NCBI GenBank assembly: GCA_002869685.1 | Contig: PKUE01000146.1 | Location: 4,882-68,881 of the forward strand | From: Desulfuromonas sp. | GTDB taxonomy: Bacteria; Desulfobacterota; Desulfuromonadia; Desulfuromonadales; Desulfuromonadaceae | Length of the DNA: 64,000 nt | Direction of reading: 5' to 3' | In this document: positions 35,982 to 44,777 of the stretch, piece after piece | Numbering within the stretch: the stretch's first letter is position 1 | How the letters are laid out: every line of letters starts with the position of its first letter | Notes under the pieces: generated by a model | Databases searched by the model: none | What the model was told of the DNA's origin: nothing | Seen by the model: only the letters and a program-made list of their open reading frames with translations | Made by a program: the position numbers and the translations under genes

Positions 35982-37085
35982 ATGAGACGTGTTCATACCA
36001 TCGCAACGGTCCTGATTTTCCTGTGTCTTTTGAGTCAGGCTGCTTTGGCCAGCCGTATCAAGGATCTGGCGGATATTGAAGGGGTGCGTAACAACCAGCT
36101 GGTTGGTTATGGACTGGTGGTTGGCCTCAACGGGACCGGCGACAGTGCCAGTACCGAATTCACCGTGCAGTCGCTGGTGAATATGATGGAACGTCTCGGC
36201 ATGCGCATCGATCGCAATAACGTCAAGGTGGACAATGTGGCCGCTGTGATGGTTACGGCGGAATTGCCTCCGTTCGCCAAGGCTGGCAGTACTATTGATG
36301 TGCTGGTCTCCTCCATTGGCGATGCCGACAGTCTGGTCGGGGGAACGTTGTTGATGACTCCGCTCAAAGGCCCGGATGGCAATGTTTATGCTGTTGCTCA
36401 GGGCGCATTGGCCGTAGGGGCCCTCTCTTTCGGGGGGAAAGCGGCCAAAGTACAGAAAAATCACCCGACCGTTGGCCGGATCCCTTCCGGGGGGATGGTG
36501 GAGCGGGAGGTTCCTTTCCAGTTGCCACATGACCGGGCTCTGAATTACCGTCTACGCACCGCAGACTTCACGACGGTAACGCGGATGGCGGATGCCGTGA
36601 ACGGCTATTTTGGCCAGCCGTTGGCCCATCCCCTTGATAGCGGTTCACTGCAGGTTGTTGTCGCTGATGACTATCTGGACAGCCTGGTCGAGTTTATTGC
36701 TCAGATTGAGCATCTTGAAGTCCAACCCGACATGGGCGCGAAGATTATTGTCAATGAGCGGACCGGAACGATTGTCATGGGTGAGCATGTGCGCCTGTCC
36801 ACCGTGGCGGTCTCCCATGGTAACCTGAATCTGGTGATCAGCGAATCCGCTGCGGTGTCACAACCCGCGCCGTTCTCCAATACCGGTGATACTGTCGCCG
36901 TACCGCAATCGGACGTGACCCTGGCCGAAGACAGCGGCAACCTGGTTGTGCTGCCGATGGGCGTCAGTATTGGTGATGTGGCCCGGGCACTCAATGCCAT
37001 TGGGGCAACCCCTCGGGACCTGATTGCGATTTTCCAGGCGATTAAAGCGGCCGGAGCGCTGCACGCGGACCTGGAGATCCTGTAA
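35982..37085 (+). CDS. flgI: P-ring protein FlgI
   Basis: RIKDLADIEGVRNNQLVGYGLVVGLNGTGD, AIKAAGALHA. Confidence 0.98.
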   Translation: MRRVHTIATVLIFLCLLSQAALASRIKDLADIEGVRNNQLVGYGLVVGLNGTGDSASTEFTVQSLVNMMERLGMRIDRNNVKVDNVAAVMVTAELPPFAKAGSTIDVLVSSIGDADSLVGGTLLMTPLKGPDGNVYAVAQGALAVGALSFGGKAAKVQKNHPTVGRIPSGGMVEREVPFQLPHDRALNYRLRTADFTTVTRMADAVNGYFGQPLAHPLDSGSLQVVVADDYLDSLVEFIAQIEHLEVQPDMGAKIIVNERTGTIVMGEHVRLSTVAVSHGNLNLVISESAAVSQPAPFSNTGDTVAVPQSDVTLAEDSGNLVVLPMGVSIGDVARALNAIGATPRDLIAIFQAIKAAGALHADLEIL

Positions 37086-37136
37086 TCTGTGATTCCCGGT
37101 AACTGGGTTAATGCCACATTGATGCGCGGAATCCGC

Positions 37137-37163
37137 TAAAGAGTTGCCTCTGTTAGCCGATAA
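37137..37163 (+). promoter_or_regulatory. Sigma28 promoter of flgJ
   Basis: Perfect TAAA-N15-GCCGATAA. Confidence 0.85.
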
Positions 37164-37201
37164 GAGAAACACAGTCATTTCCTGAAACGGATGAGGTGAT
37201 T

Positions 37202-37498
37202 ATGAATCTCTATGTCGATCCACGTATGTACACCACTCAAACGAGCTCCCTTGACCATGCTTCAAGCGGGCAGAGCAACGAGCGGCTGAAAAAAACCTGC
37301 GACGAGTTTGAGGCGGTCATGGTTCAGATGATGTTCAAGGCCATGCGTGGTTCCCAACCGAAAAATACCCTGTTTGAAAAAGATACGGCGACCGAAGTCT
37401 ATCAAGAGCTGTTTGATGGTGAAGTGGCCCGTGAATTAGCTCACAACCAAAGTATGGGGATTGGTATGCATCTCTACCAGCAGTTGGCTGAGGAATAG
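37202..37498 (+). CDS. flgJ: Short FlgJ (rod-binding domain only)
   Basis: LKKTCDEFEAVMVQMMFKAMR...ELFDGEVA...MGIG; no muramidase domain; ATG at 37202 behind GAGG. Confidence 0.9.
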   Translation: MNLYVDPRMYTTQTSSLDHASSGQSNERLKKTCDEFEAVMVQMMFKAMRGSQPKNTLFEKDTATEVYQELFDGEVARELAHNQSMGIGMHLYQQLAEE

Positions 37499-37522
37499 TC
37501 CGCTCCCCTTAAGAATGTCAAG

Positions 37523-37547
37523 AAAGCCTCTTCGGAGGCTTTTTTTG
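37523..37547 (+). terminator. Rho-independent terminator after flgJ
   Basis: AAAGCCTC-TTCG-GAGGCTTT followed by a T run; C(UUCG)G loop. Confidence 0.85.
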
Positions 37548-37575
37548 TTTTTTTAACAAAACCGTGTGTTTGTGC

Positions 37576-37603
37576 TAAAGATCCTGGTTTAAACGGACGA
37601 TAA
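37576..37603 (+). promoter_or_regulatory. Sigma28 promoter of the hypothetical-flgM-flgN-flgK-flgL operon
   Basis: TAAA-N16-GACGATAA. Confidence 0.75.
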
Positions 37604-37609
37604 AAGACC

Positions 37610-38122
37610 ATGCAAAAGTTAGGTTTTTTGTCTTACGATCAAGAAACAGAGGGTTACCAGATGACAACACTACCGCCTATACAGTTTAAAACTGAGCTTC
37701 AACCGGTGCCGCTGCTTTTGGCCGCGCCGCAGGAAGGCTATGCTGTCGGGCGGATTCTGAATCGATCAGAACGGACGGTGATAAAGAATACGGTTGTTGG
37801 AATTATTCAGGAACAACGCTCTGTATTGAACCTGCTCGGCGCCCAGGGCAACATCAGTGAAGAAGCGGTGGTGTCGCTGGTCGGTGAAGATGGCTACTTT
37901 GGCCCGAATTGCAGTGCCGAGCGTGTTCTGACCCTGATTGCGACATTGGTTCGGCGTTATGTGGATCGATCGCAACCGGTTGTCAGTGAAATTATCGATT
38001 GCTGCCGCCGCTTTCAGTACTGCGCGGGGCAGGATCTCTCTTTACTCAGTGAAGAAACCTTTGAACGTGTTTACGAGAAGATAGCAACCCGGTGGATGGT
38101 TGATCTACCGCAAAACGGATAA
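37610..38122 (+). CDS. Conserved hypothetical protein, DUF5610-like (alternative start 37661)
   Basis: 'LVGEDGYFGPNCSAERVLTL...DLSLLSEETFERVYEKI' recalls the EDGYFG-containing family. Confidence 0.55.
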   Translation: MQKLGFLSYDQETEGYQMTTLPPIQFKTELQPVPLLLAAPQEGYAVGRILNRSERTVIKNTVVGIIQEQRSVLNLLGAQGNISEEAVVSLVGEDGYFGPNCSAERVLTLIATLVRRYVDRSQPVVSEIIDCCRRFQYCAGQDLSLLSEETFERVYEKIATRWMVDLPQNG

Positions 38123-38149
38123 TCACAGCATAAAAAAACAGGTGGCGTT

Positions 38150-38524
38150 ATGACGATGAGAATTGATGGCGACAAAGGGTTGATCCCGCAAAATACGATC
38201 AAGAAAACCCAACAACAGCAAGGAACAAAAGAAGCAGACAAGACGTCGACGAGTGACAAAGTCAGTTTCTCTTCTGTTCTGCAACAGGCTGGCGAGGCCC
38301 AGGGGACCACTGCTCCGTTGAGCACCCAACCTCTGGAAGGATTGAGCGCTCCTTTGTTATCGACTCCGACCTTCGTACAGGATGTCAGCGAGAGTCAGGA
38401 AGCAGCGCGGGCAGCAAAGGTTGAAGAACTCAAAGCACAGGTTGCCGATGGGTCCTATCAGCCGGATCTGAAAAAAGTTGCCAGTAGTTTACTTAAATTT
38501 ATTGCTGAAGGACGTCAGGTATGA
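38150..38524 (+). CDS. flgM: Anti-sigma28 factor FlgM
   Basis: DKVSFS, RAAKVEELKAQVADGSYQPD..KVA..L. Confidence 0.93.
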   Translation: MTMRIDGDKGLIPQNTIKKTQQQQGTKEADKTSTSDKVSFSSVLQQAGEAQGTTAPLSTQPLEGLSAPLLSTPTFVQDVSESQEAARAAKVEELKAQVADGSYQPDLKKVASSLLKFIAEGRQV

Positions 38525-38871
38525 CACAGACGATTCACGAACAGCTGAAAACCCTGCATGAAGTTATTCTTGAGGAGCGCGAGTGCGCAAAAGCCCTGGA
38601 TATCGTCGCCTTGCAGGAAGCAACTCAACGTAAAGACACGTTGATTGCCCAGCTCGAACTCGAAGGGACTCTGTCCCCGGAAGATCGCCAGTTGGCTGAC
38701 ACGATCCGTTTTGAAAATCGTCGTAATGCCTATCTGCTGTGGTCCGCCTTGAACTGGATTCGTGAATCAATGGAGTTTTTTGGACGCAAGACGGTTCCCG
38801 ACTCATATACTCCGGCAGGTAGCATGGTGACCAGAGGAGCGGGAGGACGGCTTTTGTCCGGGAGGGTGTAA
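38521..38871 (+). CDS. flgN: Export chaperone FlgN
   Basis: Between flgM and flgK; helical, ENRRNAYLL, Y...G, SGRV. Confidence 0.8.
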   Translation: MTQTIHEQLKTLHEVILEERECAKALDIVALQEATQRKDTLIAQLELEGTLSPEDRQLADTIRFENRRNAYLLWSALNWIRESMEFFGRKTVPDSYTPAGSMVTRGAGGRLLSGRV

Positions 38872-40529
38872 TGGGTTTAGCTGCTGCACTCAATACGGGT
38901 AAAACCAGTTTATTTGCCAGTCAGAAGTCAATTGAGATTGCTGGCAACAATATTGCCAATGTCAATACCGAAGGGTATTCGCGGCAAACGGCGGTACTCG
39001 GTGATATTCCTTCTCTCGAATTCGGTGGTTTTTTTGTTGGTACCGGTGTCCGGGTTAATAATATCGAGCGTGAGTACGATGTTTTTATCAACGAGCAACT
39101 GCTGGATAAAAGCCAGGAACTTGGTGCCGAGGATGCTAAAGCAACGCCTTTGTCCGAACTGGAGCGCGTGTTTAGCGTTGGTGAAGACAACCTGGCCACT
39201 GAGATCGATCGTTTTTTCGATGCCTGGCAGGAGCTTTCCGCCAACCCCAGTGGGCAAGTCGAGCGTGATATCGTTATTCAGCGTGGCGAGCTGTTGGCTT
39301 CGTCGTTCAACAGTGTGGCCCGCGACCTGGATAACGTGCGCTCCAATATCAATGAAACCGTTGCCTCCGAGATTGACGGTGTCAATCTGAAATTGAATCA
39401 GATTGCCGACCTTAATACCAAAATTCAGACCATTGAAGCTAACGGCCAATCGGCGAACTCGTTTCGTGACCAGCGGGACCTGCTGTTGCAGGAACTGACC
39501 TACACCCTTGGGGTTCAATCCTACGAGGAGACCGGTGGCGCAGTGAATATTCAGTTGCCCGGTGGTCTGCCGCTGGTTCAGAACGGTTCGGCGCTGCAAC
39601 TCGAGGCGACGCCAAAAGGGGAAGATCTGGTTCTGACCCTTAATATCGGCGAGAGTTCTTTTGACGTGAAGGGGAAAAACCTTGGCGGTAAATTCCAGGG
39701 CCTGTTTGAACTGCGTGATGAGTTCATTCCGACGCTGAAAGCAGATCTGGACCTGACAGCCTACGAACTGGTGCAGGAAGTTAACAATCTTCATGCCCAG
39801 GGGATGGGACTTGACGGGTCTACCGGGGTGGCGTTTTTTAACAATCCTGGCAATCACACCACGCAGAGCTACTCGGATCCAGATCTGGCAACCGCATTTT
39901 CGGCGGGGAACCTTTCAATTGAAATCAATGGTACACCCAATACCGTGGCATTTGCCGGCGGTTCGCTGAATGATCTGGCGAGCGCCATCAATGCCGCTGC
40001 TTTAGGAACGACTGCTACGGTCAGCCAACAGGATGATGGCAGTTATGTCATGATGTTGACTCCCGATACCGCAGGGCAAAGCGTTCAACTGGATATGTCG
40101 GAGATCAGTGGCAGTTATGACGCTCCCGAATTCAGCATGCCGAATATCAGTGATCTGATTTCCATATCGATTCAGGACACCAGCAAAGTGGCCGCTGGAA
40201 CCGGCAGTGCCCCTGGTGATAATACCAACGCTTTGGCTATCTCGGCTCTCAAAGATCAAAATACGATCAAGGGGGAGGATACCTTTGTCAGCTTCTACGG
40301 AAAAATGGCTGCCAGTGTCGGTATTGAAGCCGGTCAGAACCGATTGGCCCAAAGTGGTGCTGCAGACTCTCTGACGCAACTGAAGAATCTGCGCGATGGC
40401 GCGGTGGGAGTTTCCATTGAAGAAGAGATGATCAACCTGATCAAGTTCCAGCGTGGTTTTGAAGCTTCTGCCAAGCTGCTTTCCACCGTTGACGAACTGA
40501 TGGTCACGGTCCTCAACATCAAAGGGTAA
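38871..40529 (+). CDS. flgK: Hook-associated protein FlgK
   Basis: GNNIANVNTEGYSRQ, GVSIEEEMINLIKFQRGFEASAK. Confidence 0.97.
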   Translation: MGLAAALNTGKTSLFASQKSIEIAGNNIANVNTEGYSRQTAVLGDIPSLEFGGFFVGTGVRVNNIEREYDVFINEQLLDKSQELGAEDAKATPLSELERVFSVGEDNLATEIDRFFDAWQELSANPSGQVERDIVIQRGELLASSFNSVARDLDNVRSNINETVASEIDGVNLKLNQIADLNTKIQTIEANGQSANSFRDQRDLLLQELTYTLGVQSYEETGGAVNIQLPGGLPLVQNGSALQLEATPKGEDLVLTLNIGESSFDVKGKNLGGKFQGLFELRDEFIPTLKADLDLTAYELVQEVNNLHAQGMGLDGSTGVAFFNNPGNHTTQSYSDPDLATAFSAGNLSIEINGTPNTVAFAGGSLNDLASAINAAALGTTATVSQQDDGSYVMMLTPDTAGQSVQLDMSEISGSYDAPEFSMPNISDLISISIQDTSKVAAGTGSAPGDNTNALAISALKDQNTIKGEDTFVSFYGKMAASVGIEAGQNRLAQSGAADSLTQLKNLRDGAVGVSIEEEMINLIKFQRGFEASAKLLSTVDELMVTVLNIKG

Positions 40530-40534
40530 ACGTT

Positions 40535-41890
40535 ATGAAGTCAACTCAGGCGACCACCTTTAGAAGTTTAAATACCGAGCTGAACAGTATCAATAACCAG
40601 TTGGAAGACCTGCGCCTTCAAGCTGCAACCGGCAAAAAACTCAATCGTCCCTCGGATGATCCGGCGGCGATACGGCCTGTTCTGTCAGCGCGTACCCAGA
40701 TCCGCTCCTCTGAACGGTTCATCGAATCCATGTCAACGGCACTTGACCGGCTGGACAATCTGGACAGCTATATGGACCAGGCTGAAAATCTCATGGTCAG
40801 TGCAAAAGAAACAGCGATCAATGCGATCAATTCATCGCTGAGTGACAGCGATCTGATCACGCTTGCGGACAAGGTAGGATATATCAAGACCGAAATGATG
40901 AGCGTGGCCAACGCCCAGATTGGCGGCCAGTATATTTTCGCCGGTTTTGAGGAAGATACGCCTCCGTTCACTGAGGAAAACGGTGTTGTTGTTTACAATG
41001 GTGATTCCAATATCAAAAAGCTGGAAACCGCACCAGGTGAATATGTCAAAACCAACTTGGATGGTGCCAGCCTGTTCCTTGGCCTGACGGATTTAGATGG
41101 CGATGGATTGCTGGAGCAGACCGGTCCCAATCTGTTTGAAGAACTGACCAATCTGGAACGCGCTATTCGTGGTGAAAGTGGTCAAGTCTATAACGGCAGC
41201 AGTCAGATGCCGAATAATGATATCGGTTATCTAGACGCCGCCAATGGTGACTACACTCCGATCGCCCTTGATGGCGCCGGGACTCCACTGCTTGATGGTG
41301 GCGGAAACCCGATTCCTCTGACCTTCCAGGGCGAGGTAGTTTCGCTGCAACCCGTGACAACGGTAGATGGTGATCAGCTGACGATCGGGGAATACAATGA
41401 TCAGTTTGATCCGGATATCGTTGACTACAGTGGAACAGCTCTCGGCGGCGCTGCACTTGATCAGCCTGCGTACGTCCTGAGTGATGGCAGCCTGGCGGTT
41501 GTTGACGCAACTGGAATGCCTGTTTTGACCGACAATGCCGGAGTCCCCGTGACCGATGGCGGCGGGAGCACTATCCCGCTGGTAATCGGTGGCGATCCTA
41601 TCCAACTCTCTGTCGTGCCGGGGTTGCAATCCACATTGTCTACCCTTGAGACTTCAGCTGACGGTGTGCGCAGTGCCCGCAGCCTCATGGGAAACAATGC
41701 CGAACGGATCGAGACGTCCAAAGGTCACATGGAAAGTGTTGTTATCGACCTTGAGCAGATCCTGTCGCGCTACGAGGATGCCGATCTGATTGATGTTATT
41801 ACCGAAATCACCCAGACCGAAACGGCCCTGGAAGCAGCGCTCAATGTCACCGGAAAAGTGGGGCAATTGTCTATTCTTGATTATTTGTAA
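40535..41890 (+). CDS. flgL: Hook-associated protein FlgL
   Basis: ATGKKLNRPSDDP, GGQYIFAG, EDAD, LSILDYL. Confidence 0.96.
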   Translation: MKSTQATTFRSLNTELNSINNQLEDLRLQAATGKKLNRPSDDPAAIRPVLSARTQIRSSERFIESMSTALDRLDNLDSYMDQAENLMVSAKETAINAINSSLSDSDLITLADKVGYIKTEMMSVANAQIGGQYIFAGFEEDTPPFTEENGVVVYNGDSNIKKLETAPGEYVKTNLDGASLFLGLTDLDGDGLLEQTGPNLFEELTNLERAIRGESGQVYNGSSQMPNNDIGYLDAANGDYTPIALDGAGTPLLDGGGNPIPLTFQGEVVSLQPVTTVDGDQLTIGEYNDQFDPDIVDYSGTALGGAALDQPAYVLSDGSLAVVDATGMPVLTDNAGVPVTDGGGSTIPLVIGGDPIQLSVVPGLQSTLSTLETSADGVRSARSLMGNNAERIETSKGHMESVVIDLEQILSRYEDADLIDVITEITQTETALEAALNVTGKVGQLSILDYL

Positions 41891-41961
41891 TACTTTACTG
41901 AGTTGCCTGTCTGCCCACGACTAATGTGGCAGCGATTACGGAAAACTCTGAAAGGTTTGCT

Positions 41962-42207
41962 ATGCTGGTACTGACCAGAAAAGTCGGTGAAGGGATTGTC
42001 ATCGGCGATGATATTAAGTTGCAGGTTGTCGAAATCAAGGGGGGGACTATCCGCCTTGGGATTGAGGCGCCGCGCAGCAAAAAAATCTATCGCCAGGAAG
42101 TCTACGATAATATCCAACAACAAAACAAAGCGGCGACCAGCTGGTCGATCGAAGATCTTGATTTGCTTGATGGCTCCTGGCCACAAAAACCCAAGGGGGA
42201 GAAATGA
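41962..42207 (+). CDS. csrA: Carbon storage regulator CsrA (long, FliW-type)
   Basis: MLVLTRKVGEGIVIGDDI...IYRQEVY..IQQQNKAA with a C-terminal extension. Confidence 0.96.
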   Translation: MLVLTRKVGEGIVIGDDIKLQVVEIKGGTIRLGIEAPRSKKIYRQEVYDNIQQQNKAATSWSIEDLDLLDGSWPQKPKGEK

Positions 42208-42635
42208 AAACCATCCAAAGCCGTTTTGGAGAGATCGAATATGACCCTGAAAATGTTGTCACATTCCCTGAGGGGTTGATCGGTTTTGAAAACCTGCGTG
42301 ATTTTATTGTTATGCCCAACAAAAAAGAGGGGCTGCTGTTCTGGATTCAGAGTGTTGAAGATCCCGAGGTGGCTCTTGTTCTTACCGACCCGACCAATTT
42401 TTTTCTGACGTACAAAGTTGTGCCCGAGGAGGGCGAACGTGCCAAGCTCGACATTTCCGAAGAAGACGACAGTTATTCTCTGGTAGTCGTGACCGTGTCA
42501 CCGCAGCAGGAAGTGACCTTCAATCTGATGGCTCCCATCCTTTTTGCCCCCAAAACAAACCGGGCGATTCAGGTGATTTTGGAGAAAAGCGGCTATAGTA
42601 CCCGTGAACCGTTGCCGAAGATTGAAGCCTCATAA
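42204..42635 (+). CDS. fliW: Flagellar assembly factor FliW
   Basis: SRFGEIEY, FPEGLIGFE, WIQSV, NLMAPI. Confidence 0.95.
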   Translation: MKTIQSRFGEIEYDPENVVTFPEGLIGFENLRDFIVMPNKKEGLLFWIQSVEDPEVALVLTDPTNFFLTYKVVPEEGERAKLDISEEDDSYSLVVVTVSPQQEVTFNLMAPILFAPKTNRAIQVILEKSGYSTREPLPKIEAS

Positions 42636-42663
42636 GCTTTCCTGTTAACGAAAGGGTGCAGCG

Positions 42664-43395
42664 GTGGTTCATCGACCTGAATGGCCAACGCTTCTGGTTC
42701 TTGCCGGGGGCTTTGGGACGCGACTAAAAAGTGCACTTGATGACTGTCCCAAAGCTTTGGCTCCTGTGGGAGGAACGCCTTTTTTAGGCTTGTTGTTAGA
42801 GGCTTGGCGTCAAGAAGGGGTGCGCAACATCCTTTTCCTGCTTCATCACAAGTCCGATCAGATTTCAAATTACCTGGAAAAAAATAACGACTCACTGCTT
42901 GAGAGCATCACTTGGGCGACCATCCGCGAAGAGGTCCCTCTCGGAACCGGCGGAGCCATTGCCAATGCGGTTCAAAGTCGGAACCTGAGCGGCAATATTC
43001 TTGTCGTCAACGCGGACACCTGGACCAATCAGTGCCTTGAGGTTGTCCGTTCGGCGCCTTGCCCGGCAATGGGGGTTGTCCATATCAAGGATACGTCACG
43101 TTATGGAACCGTCGAATTTGATGCAGATCATATTGTGACGGGATTTCACGAAAAAAAAGCGACGAGCTCTGAATCCGGCTGGATCAACGCCGGGGTGTAT
43201 CTACTCAATGCCGAGATGTTTCGCAACTGGGATGGCAACCCGTTTTCGCTGGAACAGGACTTTTTTCCGAAAATGGTCGAACAACGGCAACTTCACAGCG
43301 TTTCTTTAGCTACCGACTTTATCGACATTGGCGTCCCAGACGATTATCACAGATTTATTGACTGGGTCATGTCAGGAAGAGAAGAGCCTCTATGA
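42664..43395 (+). CDS. Sugar-1-phosphate nucleotidyltransferase (HddC/GDP-heptose synthase-like)
   Basis: LAGGFGTRLK, PKALAPVGG, EEVPLGTGGAI, VVNADT, INAGVY, FIDIGVPDDY. Confidence 0.85.
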   Translation: MVHRPEWPTLLVLAGGFGTRLKSALDDCPKALAPVGGTPFLGLLLEAWRQEGVRNILFLLHHKSDQISNYLEKNNDSLLESITWATIREEVPLGTGGAIANAVQSRNLSGNILVVNADTWTNQCLEVVRSAPCPAMGVVHIKDTSRYGTVEFDADHIVTGFHEKKATSSESGWINAGVYLLNAEMFRNWDGNPFSLEQDFFPKMVEQRQLHSVSLATDFIDIGVPDDYHRFIDWVMSGREEPL

Positions 43396-44762
43396 AACGA
43401 GAAGATTTTGTAATCAATCAGCACGCAACGCTCTCAGAGTCTCTGCAGCTCATCAATAACAATAAACATGGTTTTGTACTTGGTTGCGAAGGCTCGGGAA
43501 AGATTGTCGGCATCGCCACAGATGGTGATATTCGAAGGAAACTTCTCGATGGCAGGACGTTGCAGGATGAACTTCTGACCTGTCTGAATGAGGATTTTGT
43601 CTGGGCGAACGAGACAACGTCACGAGAAACTCTTCTTAAGTGTCTGGATCATCGTATCCGGGCTATTCCTGTTCTTGATGATCATGGCGGTCTGGTTGAT
43701 ATTGTCACCCGGGAAAACCTGCCCATTCAGATTGAAGAGCCAGTCTATGTTCGATCCCGGGCTCCCGCACGAATTAGCTTTGGTGGCGGTGGCTCTGATA
43801 TTACCTATTATTTCTCCGATAATGGCGGTGCCGTGATCAGTGCCACCATTAATCTGTACAGTCATGCCACGCTGAAAAAACGTGATGATTCACGTGTGCG
43901 TATTTTGTCTCGGGATTTGAATTGCTCCCTTGAAGCTGAAAATTTAAATGCAGCACTTAAATCACCCGGCAAGTTTGGTCTTATTCTGGCGATTGTCAGG
44001 CTGGTTTCTCCGACCTTTGGTTTTGATCTGTATCTGAATTCCGACTTTCCGGTTGGCTCCGGTTTGGGAGGCTCGGCCGTGGTCACTGCGGCAGTCTTAG
44101 GCTGTTTCAACCAGTTCCGGCAGGATAAGTGGAATAACTACGAACTGGCCGAGCTTGCTTTTCAGGCAGAGCGGATGAACTTTGACATTGCCGGAGGTTG
44201 GCAGGACCAGTATGCAACGGTCTTTGGTGGTTTCAATTTTATGGAATTTAAAATGGATCAGAATCTGATCCATCCGTTACGGATTGATCCGGCGACATTG
44301 CGGGAATTGGAAGAGTGTCTGATCATCTGTGACACGAACATGCCCCATGATTCCGGGAAAATCCATAAGGACCAGAAAACAACGATTCTGAAATCAGATG
44401 GCAGCCAGGCTGTGATGAAAAATGTCGAAATGACCTACCGGTTGAGAAATGATCTGTTGCGTGGCCGGTTGCTAGATTTCGGCCGCAACCTGAATTCGAT
44501 CTGGCAGCTCAAAAGGCAGTTCAGTAACAAAATTACCAACCCCACCCTGGATGAGATTTACAACTACGCGCTTGAGAACGGTGCCGAAGGGGGCAAGTTG
44601 ATGGGAGCCGGCGGCGGTGGTTTTTTCATGTTTTACGTGAATCCGTTTAATAAATACGGATTGGTCGAAGCCCTGGAGAGTCGGGGTCTCGGAGTGCGGA
44701 ATTTTCAGTTTGACAATGACGGGTTACAGTCCTGGGTTGTCAGGGCAACCGAAAAAGAGTAG
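43392..44762 (+). CDS. CBS-domain / GHMP sugar kinase fusion (HddA-like)
   Basis: N-terminal CBS pair (GIATDGDIRR..L; AIPVLDDHG.LVDI); RAPARISFGGGGSD, PVGSGLGGS, GGWQDQYA, GGKLMGAGGGG. Confidence 0.88.
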   Translation: MKREDFVINQHATLSESLQLINNNKHGFVLGCEGSGKIVGIATDGDIRRKLLDGRTLQDELLTCLNEDFVWANETTSRETLLKCLDHRIRAIPVLDDHGGLVDIVTRENLPIQIEEPVYVRSRAPARISFGGGGSDITYYFSDNGGAVISATINLYSHATLKKRDDSRVRILSRDLNCSLEAENLNAALKSPGKFGLILAIVRLVSPTFGFDLYLNSDFPVGSGLGGSAVVTAAVLGCFNQFRQDKWNNYELAELAFQAERMNFDIAGGWQDQYATVFGGFNFMEFKMDQNLIHPLRIDPATLRELEECLIICDTNMPHDSGKIHKDQKTTILKSDGSQAVMKNVEMTYRLRNDLLRGRLLDFGRNLNSIWQLKRQFSNKITNPTLDEIYNYALENGAEGGKLMGAGGGGFFMFYVNPFNKYGLVEALESRGLGVRNFQFDNDGLQSWVVRATEKE

Positions 44763-44777
44763 GAGCTGTTTCAGCAT

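Noticed and set aside
38131-38159. Sigma28-like TAAA...GACGATGA before flgM
   Set aside because: The -10 box falls inside the flgM start codons and the spacing is off
38928-39857. 309-aa minus-strand ORF
   Set aside because: Antisense shadow of flgK
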